In this document: positions 49,986 to 61,770 of the stretch, piece after piece
Layout: every line of letters begins with the position of its first letter
How positions within the stretch are numbered: position 1 is the stretch's first letter
The notes under the pieces: model-generated
Database searches by the model: none
Seen by the model: the letters and a program-made list of their open reading frames with translations, nothing else
What the model was told of the DNA's origin: nothing
Translations under genes and position numbers: made by a program
Source of the DNA: Histomonas meleagridis 2922-C6/04-290x
Lineage: Eukaryota > Protista > Parabasalia
Direction: 5' to 3'
Length of the DNA: 64,000 nt
Assembly: GCA_020184695.1 (NCBI GenBank)
Contig: JAANOX010000070.1
Span: 62,001 to 126,000, forward strand

Positions 49986-52900
49986 TTTTACCCTAAACAA
50001 GGTGAAAGAATATCAAATGATCTTTCCCAAAATGTCTATTTAATGCTATATTTATATTCTTAGATATACAGCTTATTTGAAAGAAAAATTTGGATTATAA
50101 TAACATCTAATTTGAATTTTTTTCTTTTTGTAACAATGCTTAATCAAGAAATCTTTTATTCATATTCTACATTAATAATTCTGATATAAATTCTAATCCA
50201 TTTCTTATCGCAATATTAAGTGCTGTTTGAAAAAGATGAAATAAAATCCAATTAATATATTGAAACATCAATTATTCTAAAAATACATTAAATGTTATAA
50301 ATATACATTTTCGATATATTGATCAATATCCTTATGATTAAGTAATAGTTTAACAATTTCAGTATAATTATTCATTGTAGCTATCATGAGTGGTGTTTGA
50401 ATTAATATAAAGAATTGCCAAGTATTATTCTTAAACATTAATTAATAAAAATTGACTGATAATGAAGCAAATAAAAATCTGTTATATTGACATTAATTCT
50501 TTTGTCTTTAAGAAGTAATTCAACAATTTTAATATATCCATTTATAACTGATATAATAAGTGCTGTATATAATATTTATGAAAAATTCCATATATTTTTT
50601 TAAGACATAAAACTTTTTTGTGAAACATTTTAAATACTCATAAAATATCCTTGGCATTAACATCAATTCTTTCTTGTCTGAGCAACATTTTAACTATTTG
50701 TTTATTATTTTGTGATGATGCAATCGTAAGTGCAGTCGCAAATAAATGATATAATTACCACACATTTTTTTGAAATTTCGAATTATAAAAAAATTAAATT
50801 AACTAAAAAAATATCTTTACAATTGATATCAATTCCTTTTTGTTCGATAAGAACTTCGGCTATTTTTATCCAATTTTTTGAAGATGCAATAGTAAGTGCA
50901 GTTCTAAAAATATTAAATAATTTCCAAATATTAGTTTAAATTACAAAATTATTTAGTAAAAAATTATAATAAATAATTAAATGTCTTTATGATTGATATC
51001 AATTCCTTCTTGTTCGAGTAGTAATTTTACTGTTTCTGTTTGATTTTCAATGGATGCACAAATAAGTGCAGTTAAAAATTCGAAAAATAATTTCCAAATT
51101 TTTTTTTAAAACATCAAATTTTGAATTTGAATGTTGAAAAATTCTTAAAAACGCTTTTAATATTTATATCAATTCCTTTTTGTTCAAGAAGTAATTTTAC
51201 GATTTCTAAATGGTTATTTGCAGATGCGACCATAAGTGCAGTCCAAAATTAGAAATGTAATTTCCAAATGTAACTTTGAAATATAAAATTTTTGAAGGAA
51301 ATATCAAATAATGAAAACTAAAATTTTGAGCATTTATTTCAATTCCTTTATGTTCAAGAAGTGATTTAACGATTTCTATATGATTATTTCTAGAAGCAAG
51401 TATTAATATTGTCTGAAATGATTTGAATAATTTCCAAATAATATTTTGAGTTAAAAAATTATTTATATTTACTTCGAACAAAATTAATAAGCCTGAGTTT
51501 TAGCATTGATATTAATCCCTTCAATATTAAGAAGTAATCGAACAATTTCTACATGTTTCTCTGCTTCAGCTAAAACTAATGCAGTTTCAAATAATTTTAA
51601 TAATTTCCGAATATTATATTGTAATATAAAATTATTTATATGAATATTAAATAAAATTAAAAAATATTTTTTGCATTGATATCGATTCCTTTTTGTTTAA
51701 GAAGTAATTTAACAATTTCTAAGTGTCCACTGTATGATGCAAATATAAGTGGTGTATTAAATGTTTTGATAAATTCCCAAATATTATTTTAAAAATTCAA
51801 ATTATTAAAACAGATTTCAAACAAAACAAGCAAATATTTTTTGCATTAATATTAATTCCTTTTTGTTTAAGAATGTTTATAACTTCATTAATCCAGCCAT
51901 TAAAGCATGCATGCATTAAATCTGTTTCAAAATATCAAAATAAACATTAATGATAATATTCAAACATCTAATATTAACAAATAATTCGAAAATATAGAAT
52001 TTAAATATCTCTTTAATGTTTTTGATTTTTTCATCTTTAAGCAATGATAAAACAAATTCGTTCATTTGATCTTGAATTGATTCTATCGAAGGTTTATTAA
52101 AAGCAAAAAATCAAATATCTTGGTCATGTTTTTTATCGATGTTTAATAGTTTTAAAACAAAATCTATTTGCTTTTGTGATTTCATTGATGCTAATTTAAA
52201 TTATTTGATAGAACTTCAAATATAAAAAGTAATCTTTAAAAAAAATATAAGTTAACATTATCATTATGATAAAAATTTATTTCAAGTAATAATTTAATTG
52301 TTTCTTTGATATTACTCATAGATATCCTATTAAATAATTCATCAAATAAAAATTTGTAAAGTAAACACCTTCATCATTTATGTTATAGTTTTCATTTCCA
52401 AGTAATTTTTGAAATACTTCATTAAATCCATTCATAGCTAAAAATATAAAAACTGTCTCAAACAAATCAAAGAAACTTTGAATGATGTATTGAAATATAA
52501 ATTTAATAAAAAGAATTTCATTATCATCAAGATCGATTTCATCTCGTTCAATGTATGATTCAGTACCACTAAAAAATCCATTCAAAAAAGCTGCTGTAAG
52601 TTGTGTTTTAAATTATTTATATAAATTTCAAATATTACTTTGAGATAATGAATTATATATTAAAACAATTTAAAAAAGAAATAAATTTTTTCTTCGGTCT
52701 TATAATTTCTTCTTTTATCAAACAAAATTTTTTCAATATCTTTATGATAAAATAATGATGCTCTGGCTGCTGCTGTGCAAAATAAATTTAATAATCACCA
52801 AAAAATAAATTAAAATCCATTATTATTATTGTAAATTTTATATTAAACATAAAAACATCTTTAACATTAATATCAATTTCTTCCTTTTTTAGAAGTAAAT

Positions 52901-54858
52901 TCACTATTTCCCTTATACCTCTTGAAGATGCAACTATAAGAGCTGTTTGAAATAAGCGATGTAAATATTAAATTTTATATTGGAATATTATATTATTAAA
53001 ATGAGTAATAAAAGCGCAATTAAAACATCCACAGCATTTATATCAATTCGGTCTTGTTTAAGAAGTAGCTCCACAATTTCGATATACCGGTTTTCAGTTG
53101 CACAAATAAGTGCAGTTTGAAATAATTTATCTAATTTCCAAGATTTAAATAGAAATATTTAATTATAACAATAAACAATGAATTAAATATTTAGATGTTT
53201 TTCGCGTTAATATCAATATTTTTATGTTTAAGAAGTAATTCTACAATATCTATATATCCATTAGAAGATGCAATAATTAATGGTGTACAAAATTAACAAA
53301 ATAATCTTGAAATCTTATTTTGAAATAAAAAATCGTATTAGTATACTTTCTACAAAATTATCAAAAATTATCTTTAATGTTAACACTAATATTTTCGTTT
53401 TCAATAAGCAGTTTAACAATTTCATTAAAACCTTTAACTATTGCATAAAACAATGCACTATTACCAAATAATTAGTGAAAATTTCCTATTTTGAATTATA
53501 ACAAAAATTTAGAAGAAACTTTAAAAAAAATAAATTTATATCTCTGAAATTAACATCTATAGTTTTTGTTTCAAGAAGTAATTGTGCAATCTTGATGTGA
53601 TTTTTCATACATGCCCATATAAGTGGTGTTCTACAATGTATATAAAAATTCTAAATTTAGAAATGAAAAATAAAATTTCAAAGCAAAACATTACACAAAA
53701 CATATAAAAATCATAAAAATTTACATTAATTTTGTTGTATCTAAGAAGTAACTGAACGACATCTATCAAATTATTCTTTACTGCATAAATAAGAGGTATT
53801 CTAAATTAGAAAATTAAATTCCATTTAGTATAAATAAACTTTAAATCATATAAAATATCATTAAATAATGTCAACAAATATCTTCAATATTAACAAATAT
53901 ATCACTTTTTTCAAGTATATATGTAATTAGTTCAATGTTATTTGAAATAACTGAATATATTAAAATATAATCTGGAATTTTACTTTCTCTAAGAAATTGA
54001 TCGATAAGAATCATATTTCCGATTTTTGCTGTTTTATATATAATATTATCATCAATTTCCATTTTATTTTTCTTTAAATAAGAAAAAATTTGATAATTAC
54101 TACATTTAATACATTTCTTTGCAAGTTTAGAGATATCTTTGATTTCATTAATTTTGTTTTCATAAAAATATTTAAAAATTTCATTTCGATGAAACATAAT
54201 TGCTGTTTCATATGCATCTTCAAATGATGACTGATTTTGTTCGCATAAATGTATAATTTCAAGATTCCCACCTGCAATTGCATATTTAAATGTATTTTCT
54301 AATTTTGCATGATTTGAATATAAAAATCGAAAACATTTAACTGCAGAAAAAAATGCTGCATAATCAATTAATGAAACATTTTCCTGATTAATAAATGTGA
54401 TTTTTTCATATATGGATGGCTTAATCTTTTGATCATAATCAAAACATGTTTGTTTTAAAATTTTTTGTAATGTTTCAATATCATCATTACGAATAGAAAT
54501 CGCAATGTTTGATTGATTTATTCCTTGGCAAATTAATTCGGTATGTCTTTTATATTTTATTTGATTATTAAAAGGATTATCATAATTTTTAAAGGTCTTC
54601 TGACTTTCTTTTACACAATAATGTATTGTGTGCTTGTTATATTTCCCATAAGGTTTCATCAGAAGCTTTTTCAAACTCTGAAGGACTAACATAATGTATT
54701 AAATATAAATTGCGTTTATGTATAGCAATATTTGGTGAAACTATATTATTTTCAATTAGCATTTCAAGAAGAAAATTCGATTCTTGTGATTGTTTATTAT
54801 AAAGAATTTGTGAAAATATTGGAATTAAGCTCTTAATTTTATATGTTTCTTGTTCTTT
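49116..54858 (-). repeat. Inverted duplication arm A (right, longer copy)
   Basis: Reverse complement of 14231-17983 plus ~2 kb of extra ankyrin units. Confidence 0.95.
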
Positions 54859-55101
54859 TCTATCAAGTTCTGTTAAAAAAGTAAAATATACATAGAAATC
54901 TTCCATCCTTGAAACAAATGCTGAATATACTAAATGAGAAACTAAACAATTAAATGAATAGGGATGTTTTTCATCAAATTTATTAAATACAATTTGAATT
55001 ATTTCTTCATAATTATCCCAATTCAAACTTAATATCTTCTTTTGTATTTTGTCGTGCCATTTAATAATTTCTTGTTTTTTCCTTTCTTCATCAATATTCA
55101 T
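50167..55101 (-). CDS. DUF3447-ankyrin gene A1, full-length copy with ~21 spacer-interrupted repeats
   Basis: ORFs at 55101-54637 and 54692-53871 give the N-terminus and DUF3447 motif, followed by 30-codon ankyrin modules at a ~170-bp period. Confidence 0.7.
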
Positions 55102-55416
55102 GTACTAGATTAATTCTTTTAAAAGCCTTAAAGTGCACTTTTATATGAACATTCGTTAGCAGCTTTTTGAATTGTTTATTTTAAATTGACAGTTTTTAAA
55201 TGTTTGAGGATGGAACCATTTAAATTGAGTAAAAATATATCACTTCGTAAGAAGGTAACTTTAATTTTCAATGCTATCCATCATTATTAAATTAATAAAA
55301 ATTTCTTAATTATTCAACACATTCGCATATTTATGCAATTTCATAACTTTATTAATCTTAATAAAAGTTTTAATAGAAAATTAGTTCACAATTTCAAAAT
55401 ATGTTTTAATTCGTTT

Positions 55417-57165
55417 TTACTTCTTAGGACGTGCTTTGAATGTAGTATGAAGAATCTTCTCAACATCTGGTGTAATGAGTTTCTTTGCAGGTGAATCAAA
55501 AGCAGATTGTATTTTAGCCATTTCCTTCATCTTGTAAATAGCGTTAATTCTATTTTTCATTGTTTGTTCATTTTCTGGATATGGGCTACCACCTCCACAA
55601 ACGCAACCACCAGGGCAAGCAGTTACTTCGACGTATTTAATGCCAGCCACTTCAGGGTCCTTCTTTTCGATTCTTTCCATTAAGTTTTGAGCTTCATGTA
55701 ATTGATCAACTGCTGCAAACTTAAACGGTTTACCATTGATATCAATTTGGGCCACCCTAACCGTCTTGTAACCTCTAATGTTATTGAAATCGACTTTTTC
55801 AAGTTTCTTTCCTGTCACTTTTTGATAAGTTGCCTTGGCAACAGATTCTGCCAAACCGCCAGATGCGTAAACTAAAGCCGCATCACCAGTGCTCTGACCA
55901 ATTAAGCTATCAAATTTCGAGTCCTTTAATTTTATGATGGAAATTCCGGCTGTCTTTAACATTTGAACCAATTCTCGTGTAGTTAAGGCTACGTCAGTAT
56001 CCTTGAGACCATTTGTAACGAAATTGTCACGTTCAATTTCGTCTTTCTTTGCAGTGCATGAACCAATATATACTGTGTATATTTGTTCATTAGCACGTGG
56101 TAACTCTTTGGGCTTAGTTTTATTGTTCTTTAATAAGCCTGAAAGCATTGTAATAGTGGAACGAGAGTTACTAAGTTGCTTCATCATATTACCTTTGCTT
56201 TGCTCAATGAAATTAACAAATGCAGGACAATTTGATGAGTATAATGGGAACTTAGCTTTAGGATCTTGAAGTTTTTTGGCTAATTGTTCGGCTTCAAGAT
56301 TGATTAAGATATCGTTACCAATTGAACCATCAAATACATACTTAAAGCCAAGCTGATGGAGTGCGGTGATGACTTTACCAGCAGATAATGTTCCAGCAGG
56401 ATAACCAAATGCTTCAGATATATCAACGAAAACTGATGGGTCGATTGTACAGACTGTATCACGTTGTGATGGCTTACGAAGTTCAGATAATACTTCGCGG
56501 GCTTGACTTTTTTCGGTCATTGCGCCACATGGACAATATAATGTGCATTGGCCACATTTGACACAGGTACTCTTTTCTAATGTGACTCCTGATGTAGGTT
56601 GAACCAACATACGATCTCCACGGTTGGCGAAATGAATGGATTTTTGGCCAACTATTGATTCACATGCTCGAACACAGCGTCCGCATAAAACGCACTTGGC
56701 TGGATCGAATTGTATGCTATGTGTGGATGAATCTACGGCTTCGGGAGCAGGTTTATGACGTTCTTTTTCATGAACATTAAATTCATAGATGATATCACGG
56801 AAGGTACATCGATTATTTGCAATGCAAGAGGTACATCGCTCATCATGAGATGCAAGGAGCATCTCAAGATTGGCACTAACAGCTTCTTGAACTTTGGTTG
56901 ATTTTGTATTAACAGTAAGACCATCATAAATAGGGGTTACGCAAGCTGGCGCAAGCCATGAGTTATTGCACTCAACGAGGCAAACACGACATGAGGCGCG
57001 TTGGGGAAGATTTGGATGATGGCAAAGTCGTGGAATTTTGATGTTGTTGCGGTCGCAAAGTTCTAAGATCGTTTCGCCTTTCTTAGCTTCTAACTTGCGT
57101 CCATTGACCGTCACGATGACGTTACGGAGGGAAAATGATGAAGAAGGGCTCAGGCTGGTGAGCAT
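55417..57165 (-). CDS. hydA: Hydrogenosomal long-type [FeFe]-hydrogenase with atypical H-cluster motifs
   Basis: Presequence MLTSLSPSSSFSLR-N; 2Fe-2S, His-ligated 4Fe-4S (HDERCTSC) and two 4Fe-4S (CVLCGRC, CVKCGQC) motifs; H-domain with SSNCPAF, GSCTAKKDE, EVTACPGGC. Confidence 0.92.
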   Translation of the reverse strand: MLTSLSPSSSFSLRNVIVTVNGRKLEAKKGETILELCDRNNIKIPRLCHHPNLPQRASCRVCLVECNNSWLAPACVTPIYDGLTVNTKSTKVQEAVSANLEMLLASHDERCTSCIANNRCTFRDIIYEFNVHEKERHKPAPEAVDSSTHSIQFDPAKCVLCGRCVRACESIVGQKSIHFANRGDRMLVQPTSGVTLEKSTCVKCGQCTLYCPCGAMTEKSQAREVLSELRKPSQRDTVCTIDPSVFVDISEAFGYPAGTLSAGKVITALHQLGFKYVFDGSIGNDILINLEAEQLAKKLQDPKAKFPLYSSNCPAFVNFIEQSKGNMMKQLSNSRSTITMLSGLLKNNKTKPKELPRANEQIYTVYIGSCTAKKDEIERDNFVTNGLKDTDVALTTRELVQMLKTAGISIIKLKDSKFDSLIGQSTGDAALVYASGGLAESVAKATYQKVTGKKLEKVDFNNIRGYKTVRVAQIDINGKPFKFAAVDQLHEAQNLMERIEKKDPEVAGIKYVEVTACPGGCVCGGGSPYPENEQTMKNRINAIYKMKEMAKIQSAFDSPAKKLITPDVEKILHTTFKARPKK

Positions 57166-57688
57166 TGGAATGTGGCTTATCGAACCCTTCTCAAAAAGTT
57201 AATAAAACGGTTTCTTGAATCTTATCATTATTAACGGCTGCTTTGCTATGAATTATTGAATAGTTTATTTTTTGATTTATCAACTGCCATATCAAACCTA
57301 TGAAAATTAAATTAAAAAATATTCAGGTTAAAAAATTGAAATCTAAAAAATACCTGTTACTGGATGGAAATCTATTTTTCAATCAATGAAAATCTGATTC
57401 ACTAAAAAACTTGTTTGTTATCTTCCACTTACTCTTTTATTAAATACTTTATTGATCGGTACTATGACGATCAATAAAGTATACATTAGGTTGTTACTAA
57501 ATGAAAAAGTGGGAAAAATGCCATCGTGGAATCATGTTCTTGGCAACATGTCACATTTGTCGATTGTATAATTTTTAATTCACTTTGCAACGGTTGTAGA
57601 AAATTTTTGTGACGGTTGAATTGAATTCAGAACATCTCTCATTTTGAATTTTAATAGTTTACATATTCTTCTGACTTCATTTTCATAT

Positions 57689-58018
57689 ATGGGTCGGAGA
57701 AAAAGCAACACTAAAACTTTAATAGGCTTTAGGATAAATATCTCGGGAATGAATTCTATGTATATTCCTCTTCATAATGAAAAAATAAGTAAAAAAGATT
57801 TAATAAGACTTGAATCGATAATTCCACCTCTTCAGAAATTGATTGATATGCACCAACCTCCGGATATTAATTTTATCCCTCCTCCACCAAGTAATCCTAA
57901 TGATGCTCCTATAAATGATCATGATGAATTTGATCCCTTTTTCGATATCTTCCCTGAAGAAACATCTGAAGGTTCAGGATTTCTTGATGGAGCATTTGAA
58001 TATGATTTTGATTTCTAA
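57689..58018 (+). CDS. Small hypothetical protein with Pro/acidic tail
   Basis: MGRRKSNTKTLIGFRINI...LESIIPPLQKL; ATG follows an Inr-like TCATTTT. The track start is a TTG at 57644. Confidence 0.55.
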   Translation: MGRRKSNTKTLIGFRINISGMNSMYIPLHNEKISKKDLIRLESIIPPLQKLIDMHQPPDINFIPPPPSNPNDAPINDHDEFDPFFDIFPEETSEGSGFLDGAFEYDFDF

Positions 58019-58321
58019 TGTATTTTTAATATATAATAAGTCTCAATAAAAGCTGGTATCTTCTCTAATTTTAAGTATTGCTAATATGTATTTATTTTGA
58101 ACAAAATATTTTGAAATATATTTGCATTTTTAAATAATCCTATATTCAAAAAAATGAAAGGAGATAATTCGCTTTACCTAAATTTGCCCATAAAATCAAA
58201 GGTAAATATCAAAAGTGGGCATAAATAAAACCGCTTTTTTCATTATAATGAGATCTCTTTCTATAGAAAATAATTACAAAAAAAATTTGATCATGTTAAA
58301 ATAATATAATTTATTAATAAG

Positions 58322-61300
58322 TTAAGTTAGTTGAGATTCTACTAAATCTCCTTCAGGTGTACCCCAAATAATATGAGGTAGTACTGGATGAAATGAGCAT
58401 ACATTACTCATTTTTATATCCTTTAAGTTATGTATCACTTTACCATTTCTATCTATAATCACTGGCGACAAATTTTTCGGTGCCAAAGTCATGAAAGGTG
58501 ACAATGGATGTGCATCGAAATCGACCAACGTAGATTTTGTTTCGAATTCCACAACAGGAAAATCATTATTCGTATCCCATTTTATACAAGCGCCAGCCTT
58601 CGTTCCAGCGAAAAATGTTGCATTATTATCCACACAACCCACGATTTTTATTATTTTATCATTAGCTCTTGGTGCTGCAACATTTTGTGGTGATTTCATT
58701 CTAAGGTCCATCATTACGATTAAACCATTAGAGAAACCAGCGACGCAAGAATTCGAAGAAATCGGGTTCATAGCTATAGCAGATACTGATTCCTTTGCGC
58801 CAGTATTATATTCACCAATAAGTTTTTGATATTCGATATCCCAAAGACATATATTCCCAGATATACCTCTTGAAGATACGAATTGTTTTTTATTTTTTAT
58901 TAATGACAAAACGACGGGGAAATTTATCGAATTCCCAGAGAAATCCGAATAAAACGAAATCTTCGAATGTTTATTTTGTGGGTTCCAAATATTTATATAA
59001 CCATTTTCAGTGCCAATAAAAACTAAAGGTTTATAATCCCAATCACTTACAGCTAATGAAGTAATTTTTGAGTTAATAAATATTTTTGTCGAATTCATAA
59101 ACTCATCAATATAATAAACATTATTTTTTGTTGTTGATACTGAAATAGATAAAGTTTTAGGATAATATGTTAAATGATTTGGTTCTTCTGTAGAATCGAA
59201 TTTATATTTATTTGTGATAACTAATTTAGTTGTAGGTACATTTGATATAGAAGGAAATGGTAATGATACTGGTGATGTAGTTGGCTTTGAATCTTCTTTT
59301 AATTCCCATTGACATGAATTAACTAATTGATATATCGATATATTAAAAACTGCATTTCCACCTTTTTCATTATAATTAAATGTGTTTAATATTTGTTCGG
59401 ATATGTTTCGTATTGTTAAATGTGGATCATTCTTTAAGATATTTAAATATTCGATTGATAATTTTATGCTTTTCTTTAACGAGTCTTCACTTTGACATAA
59501 TAAATCAGCTAATTTCGAAAGTTGATTAAAATCTTTTGAACATTCTTCATAACAAAAGCCTTCGATTTTAAAATAACTATTTAATATTTCTTTTATTGTT
59601 CGATTTTGGAATTCGATTTCTGATAAATATTGTTTAGCTTCAAGTTGATAATTTGATAAAAAATTCCCTAAAAATATAATATAATTAAAACGTACTAAAT
59701 AAGAAGAATCGAAAATGCTTAAAATTAATAAACAAAACAATTGAATGTTTGCTAATTTCTCTGTTGGTTGAATGAAAAATGATAAAATTGATAATGCCGC
59801 AGATCGAATTTCATAAGAATTATGTAAACAAAATGAAGCGATTTGTATATGTAATCCATTATCATATATAACTTTGGAATTAATACCATACATGTCACAA
59901 ATTTTATATATTAAAATTAATATCCAAAGTGTAAATAATGAATCGGAATCATTTAATAAGTTTTTAAGATTTATTATAAATTGTTTCGATGTAAATAAAT
60001 ATCGTAATGAATCATTACATGATATGACATATGAAAGAATCGCACAAATCATTGATCGTGTTAAAGTTGGAATATTCGAATCGAAAATTAATTCTTTAAA
60101 TGATTTAATATCATTACTAGAAACAATTTCATATATTAATTTCGGATCTGTTTGTAATAAAGCTATACATAAATAACAAAGTGAATGTTTTGAAAATTTT
60201 GTGTTTTGATTATTTTTTATTAATATCGAAAACAATTTCGAAAAAATCGTTGTCTTTGTTAATTTATCTCTCGACTTTTGTGATAGAGAAGCATATTTAG
60301 CTAATAATTCGAATGAAACTTTTGATAATTTTGAATCTTCTGGAATATGAAACAATAAAGTAATTAATGTAATTGGAATATCTTTTTTACAATCATTTTT
60401 CAAATAAACTTTTACTGAGTTAATAGTTTGATCGAACAAATTTGTTATAAATCCAAATGAATCGATTGTAACTTTAGTGACGACATAATCGACAATAGTT
60501 TTCCAATGTCCCCATAAAGGATGTGTAGACATATCAGGTAATTCTGGATATGACATTGGATGTACTTGATAATTCCTTAATAAAAATTGTGCTAGTAAAA
60601 ATTGTCTAAAAAGATGTGATATAAAATTATTATTTCGGAAGTATTTACGATATTCTTCTTTATGTAATACATCGGAAGCAATTGAGTCAATTATAGCTTG
60701 TAATATTTCATTAAGTTCTTTAATGTTTATTATATCAATGAATTTATTCATTGGGAATTTGTCATCAACTATCGATGTTCGATAATATTGAATGACATGA
60801 CAAACAACAGCAAGTTTTACGGGTGTGAAAATACATGAAGTTAAGAAGTCTCGTGGTAAATGTGGATCTTCTGGAATTGTTTCTTTAATATTAGTTGTAC
60901 ATAAACAATAATAATCATTCCAATCAATTTGTTTGATTGTCGACTTTTGGAATGTTGAAATACTTGGAATAGGATGTTGACTATTAGCCGCAACTTGTAT
61001 CGCATGTAATGCAGCACCTGCATTTGAACAATCAAAGATAAAAAACGATGGAGTTTTAATGGAATCAAATAATTTTCGTATGGAATAATTCATAAATATC
61101 CCGCTATTACGATCAACACATGGAATAGAACTAGGATCATGTTGTGGAAAACCATAACCAATGTAATGGAATAAAACTCGACCACTTGATACATCACTAC
61201 GTAATGTTGATAAATGATTAATGGTATCTACGTTTGGATTAATTTGATGAAAAAAACGTAGATCTGTGGATAACGTGGAATAATTGGTACGGAAATACTT

Positions 61301-61705
61301 TTGAACAAAATCACTGTATTTGGATGGTAAAATACTGGATACATTTTCCCACATAAAAATGGCAGAACGATTATGTGAATGAGTAATTGTCCTGTTATTG
61401 GTCAAGGATGAAACCATTGTTAGTACACATTTGATTTGGACATCTGAACGACGAATATTTGATACTTTTGGTTCATTAATTTCTGTAAGATTATATTGGT
61501 AATCATCAATGTTTGGGGATTCTATGGGTAATGTTTTTGAAAAATCTTGGATTTTAAAAAGACTTAAATTTTCTTTGATAGTTTTGGAATATATTGGTTT
61601 ATCATCATCATCACTACTATCAAATGAATCATATGAACTATCTGTGTTTATCCCATCTTGACTAATTAAAAAATCCTTGATATTTACAACACGGCTCTTT
61701 TGCAT
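58322..61705 (-). CDS. RPTOR: Raptor/KOG1 (TORC1 subunit)
   Basis: RNC domain motifs RVLFHYIGYGFP, FIFDCSNAG and LPRDFLTSCIFTP; central HEAT region; C-terminal WD40 repeats. Confidence 0.92.
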   Translation of the reverse strand: MQKSRVVNIKDFLISQDGINTDSSYDSFDSSDDDDKPIYSKTIKENLSLFKIQDFSKTLPIESPNIDDYQYNLTEINEPKVSNIRRSDVQIKCVLTMVSSLTNNRTITHSHNRSAIFMWENVSSILPSKYSDFVQKYFRTNYSTLSTDLRFFHQINPNVDTINHLSTLRSDVSSGRVLFHYIGYGFPQHDPSSIPCVDRNSGIFMNYSIRKLFDSIKTPSFFIFDCSNAGAALHAIQVAANSQHPIPSISTFQKSTIKQIDWNDYYCLCTTNIKETIPEDPHLPRDFLTSCIFTPVKLAVVCHVIQYYRTSIVDDKFPMNKFIDIINIKELNEILQAIIDSIASDVLHKEEYRKYFRNNNFISHLFRQFLLAQFLLRNYQVHPMSYPELPDMSTHPLWGHWKTIVDYVVTKVTIDSFGFITNLFDQTINSVKVYLKNDCKKDIPITLITLLFHIPEDSKLSKVSFELLAKYASLSQKSRDKLTKTTIFSKLFSILIKNNQNTKFSKHSLCYLCIALLQTDPKLIYEIVSSNDIKSFKELIFDSNIPTLTRSMICAILSYVISCNDSLRYLFTSKQFIINLKNLLNDSDSLFTLWILILIYKICDMYGINSKVIYDNGLHIQIASFCLHNSYEIRSAALSILSFFIQPTEKLANIQLFCLLILSIFDSSYLVRFNYIIFLGNFLSNYQLEAKQYLSEIEFQNRTIKEILNSYFKIEGFCYEECSKDFNQLSKLADLLCQSEDSLKKSIKLSIEYLNILKNDPHLTIRNISEQILNTFNYNEKGGNAVFNISIYQLVNSCQWELKEDSKPTTSPVSLPFPSISNVPTTKLVITNKYKFDSTEEPNHLTYYPKTLSISVSTTKNNVYYIDEFMNSTKIFINSKITSLAVSDWDYKPLVFIGTENGYINIWNPQNKHSKISFYSDFSGNSINFPVVLSLIKNKKQFVSSRGISGNICLWDIEYQKLIGEYNTGAKESVSAIAMNPISSNSCVAGFSNGLIVMMDLRMKSPQNVAAPRANDKIIKIVGCVDNNATFFAGTKAGACIKWDTNNDFPVVEFETKSTLVDFDAHPLSPFMTLAPKNLSPVIIDRNGKVIHNLKDIKMSNVCSFHPVLPHIIWGTPEGDLVESQLT

Positions 61706-61770
61706 TCAGGGAAAATTCGTGGAAAATAAACTTTTCAATTTCACCCAAAAAAAAAACGTTTTAAATGTAA

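Noticed and set aside
55417-57165. Bacterial contamination or recent HGT of the hydrogenase
   Set aside because: It has an organellar presequence, a trichomonad-type promoter box and eukaryotic neighbours (Raptor, ankyrins).
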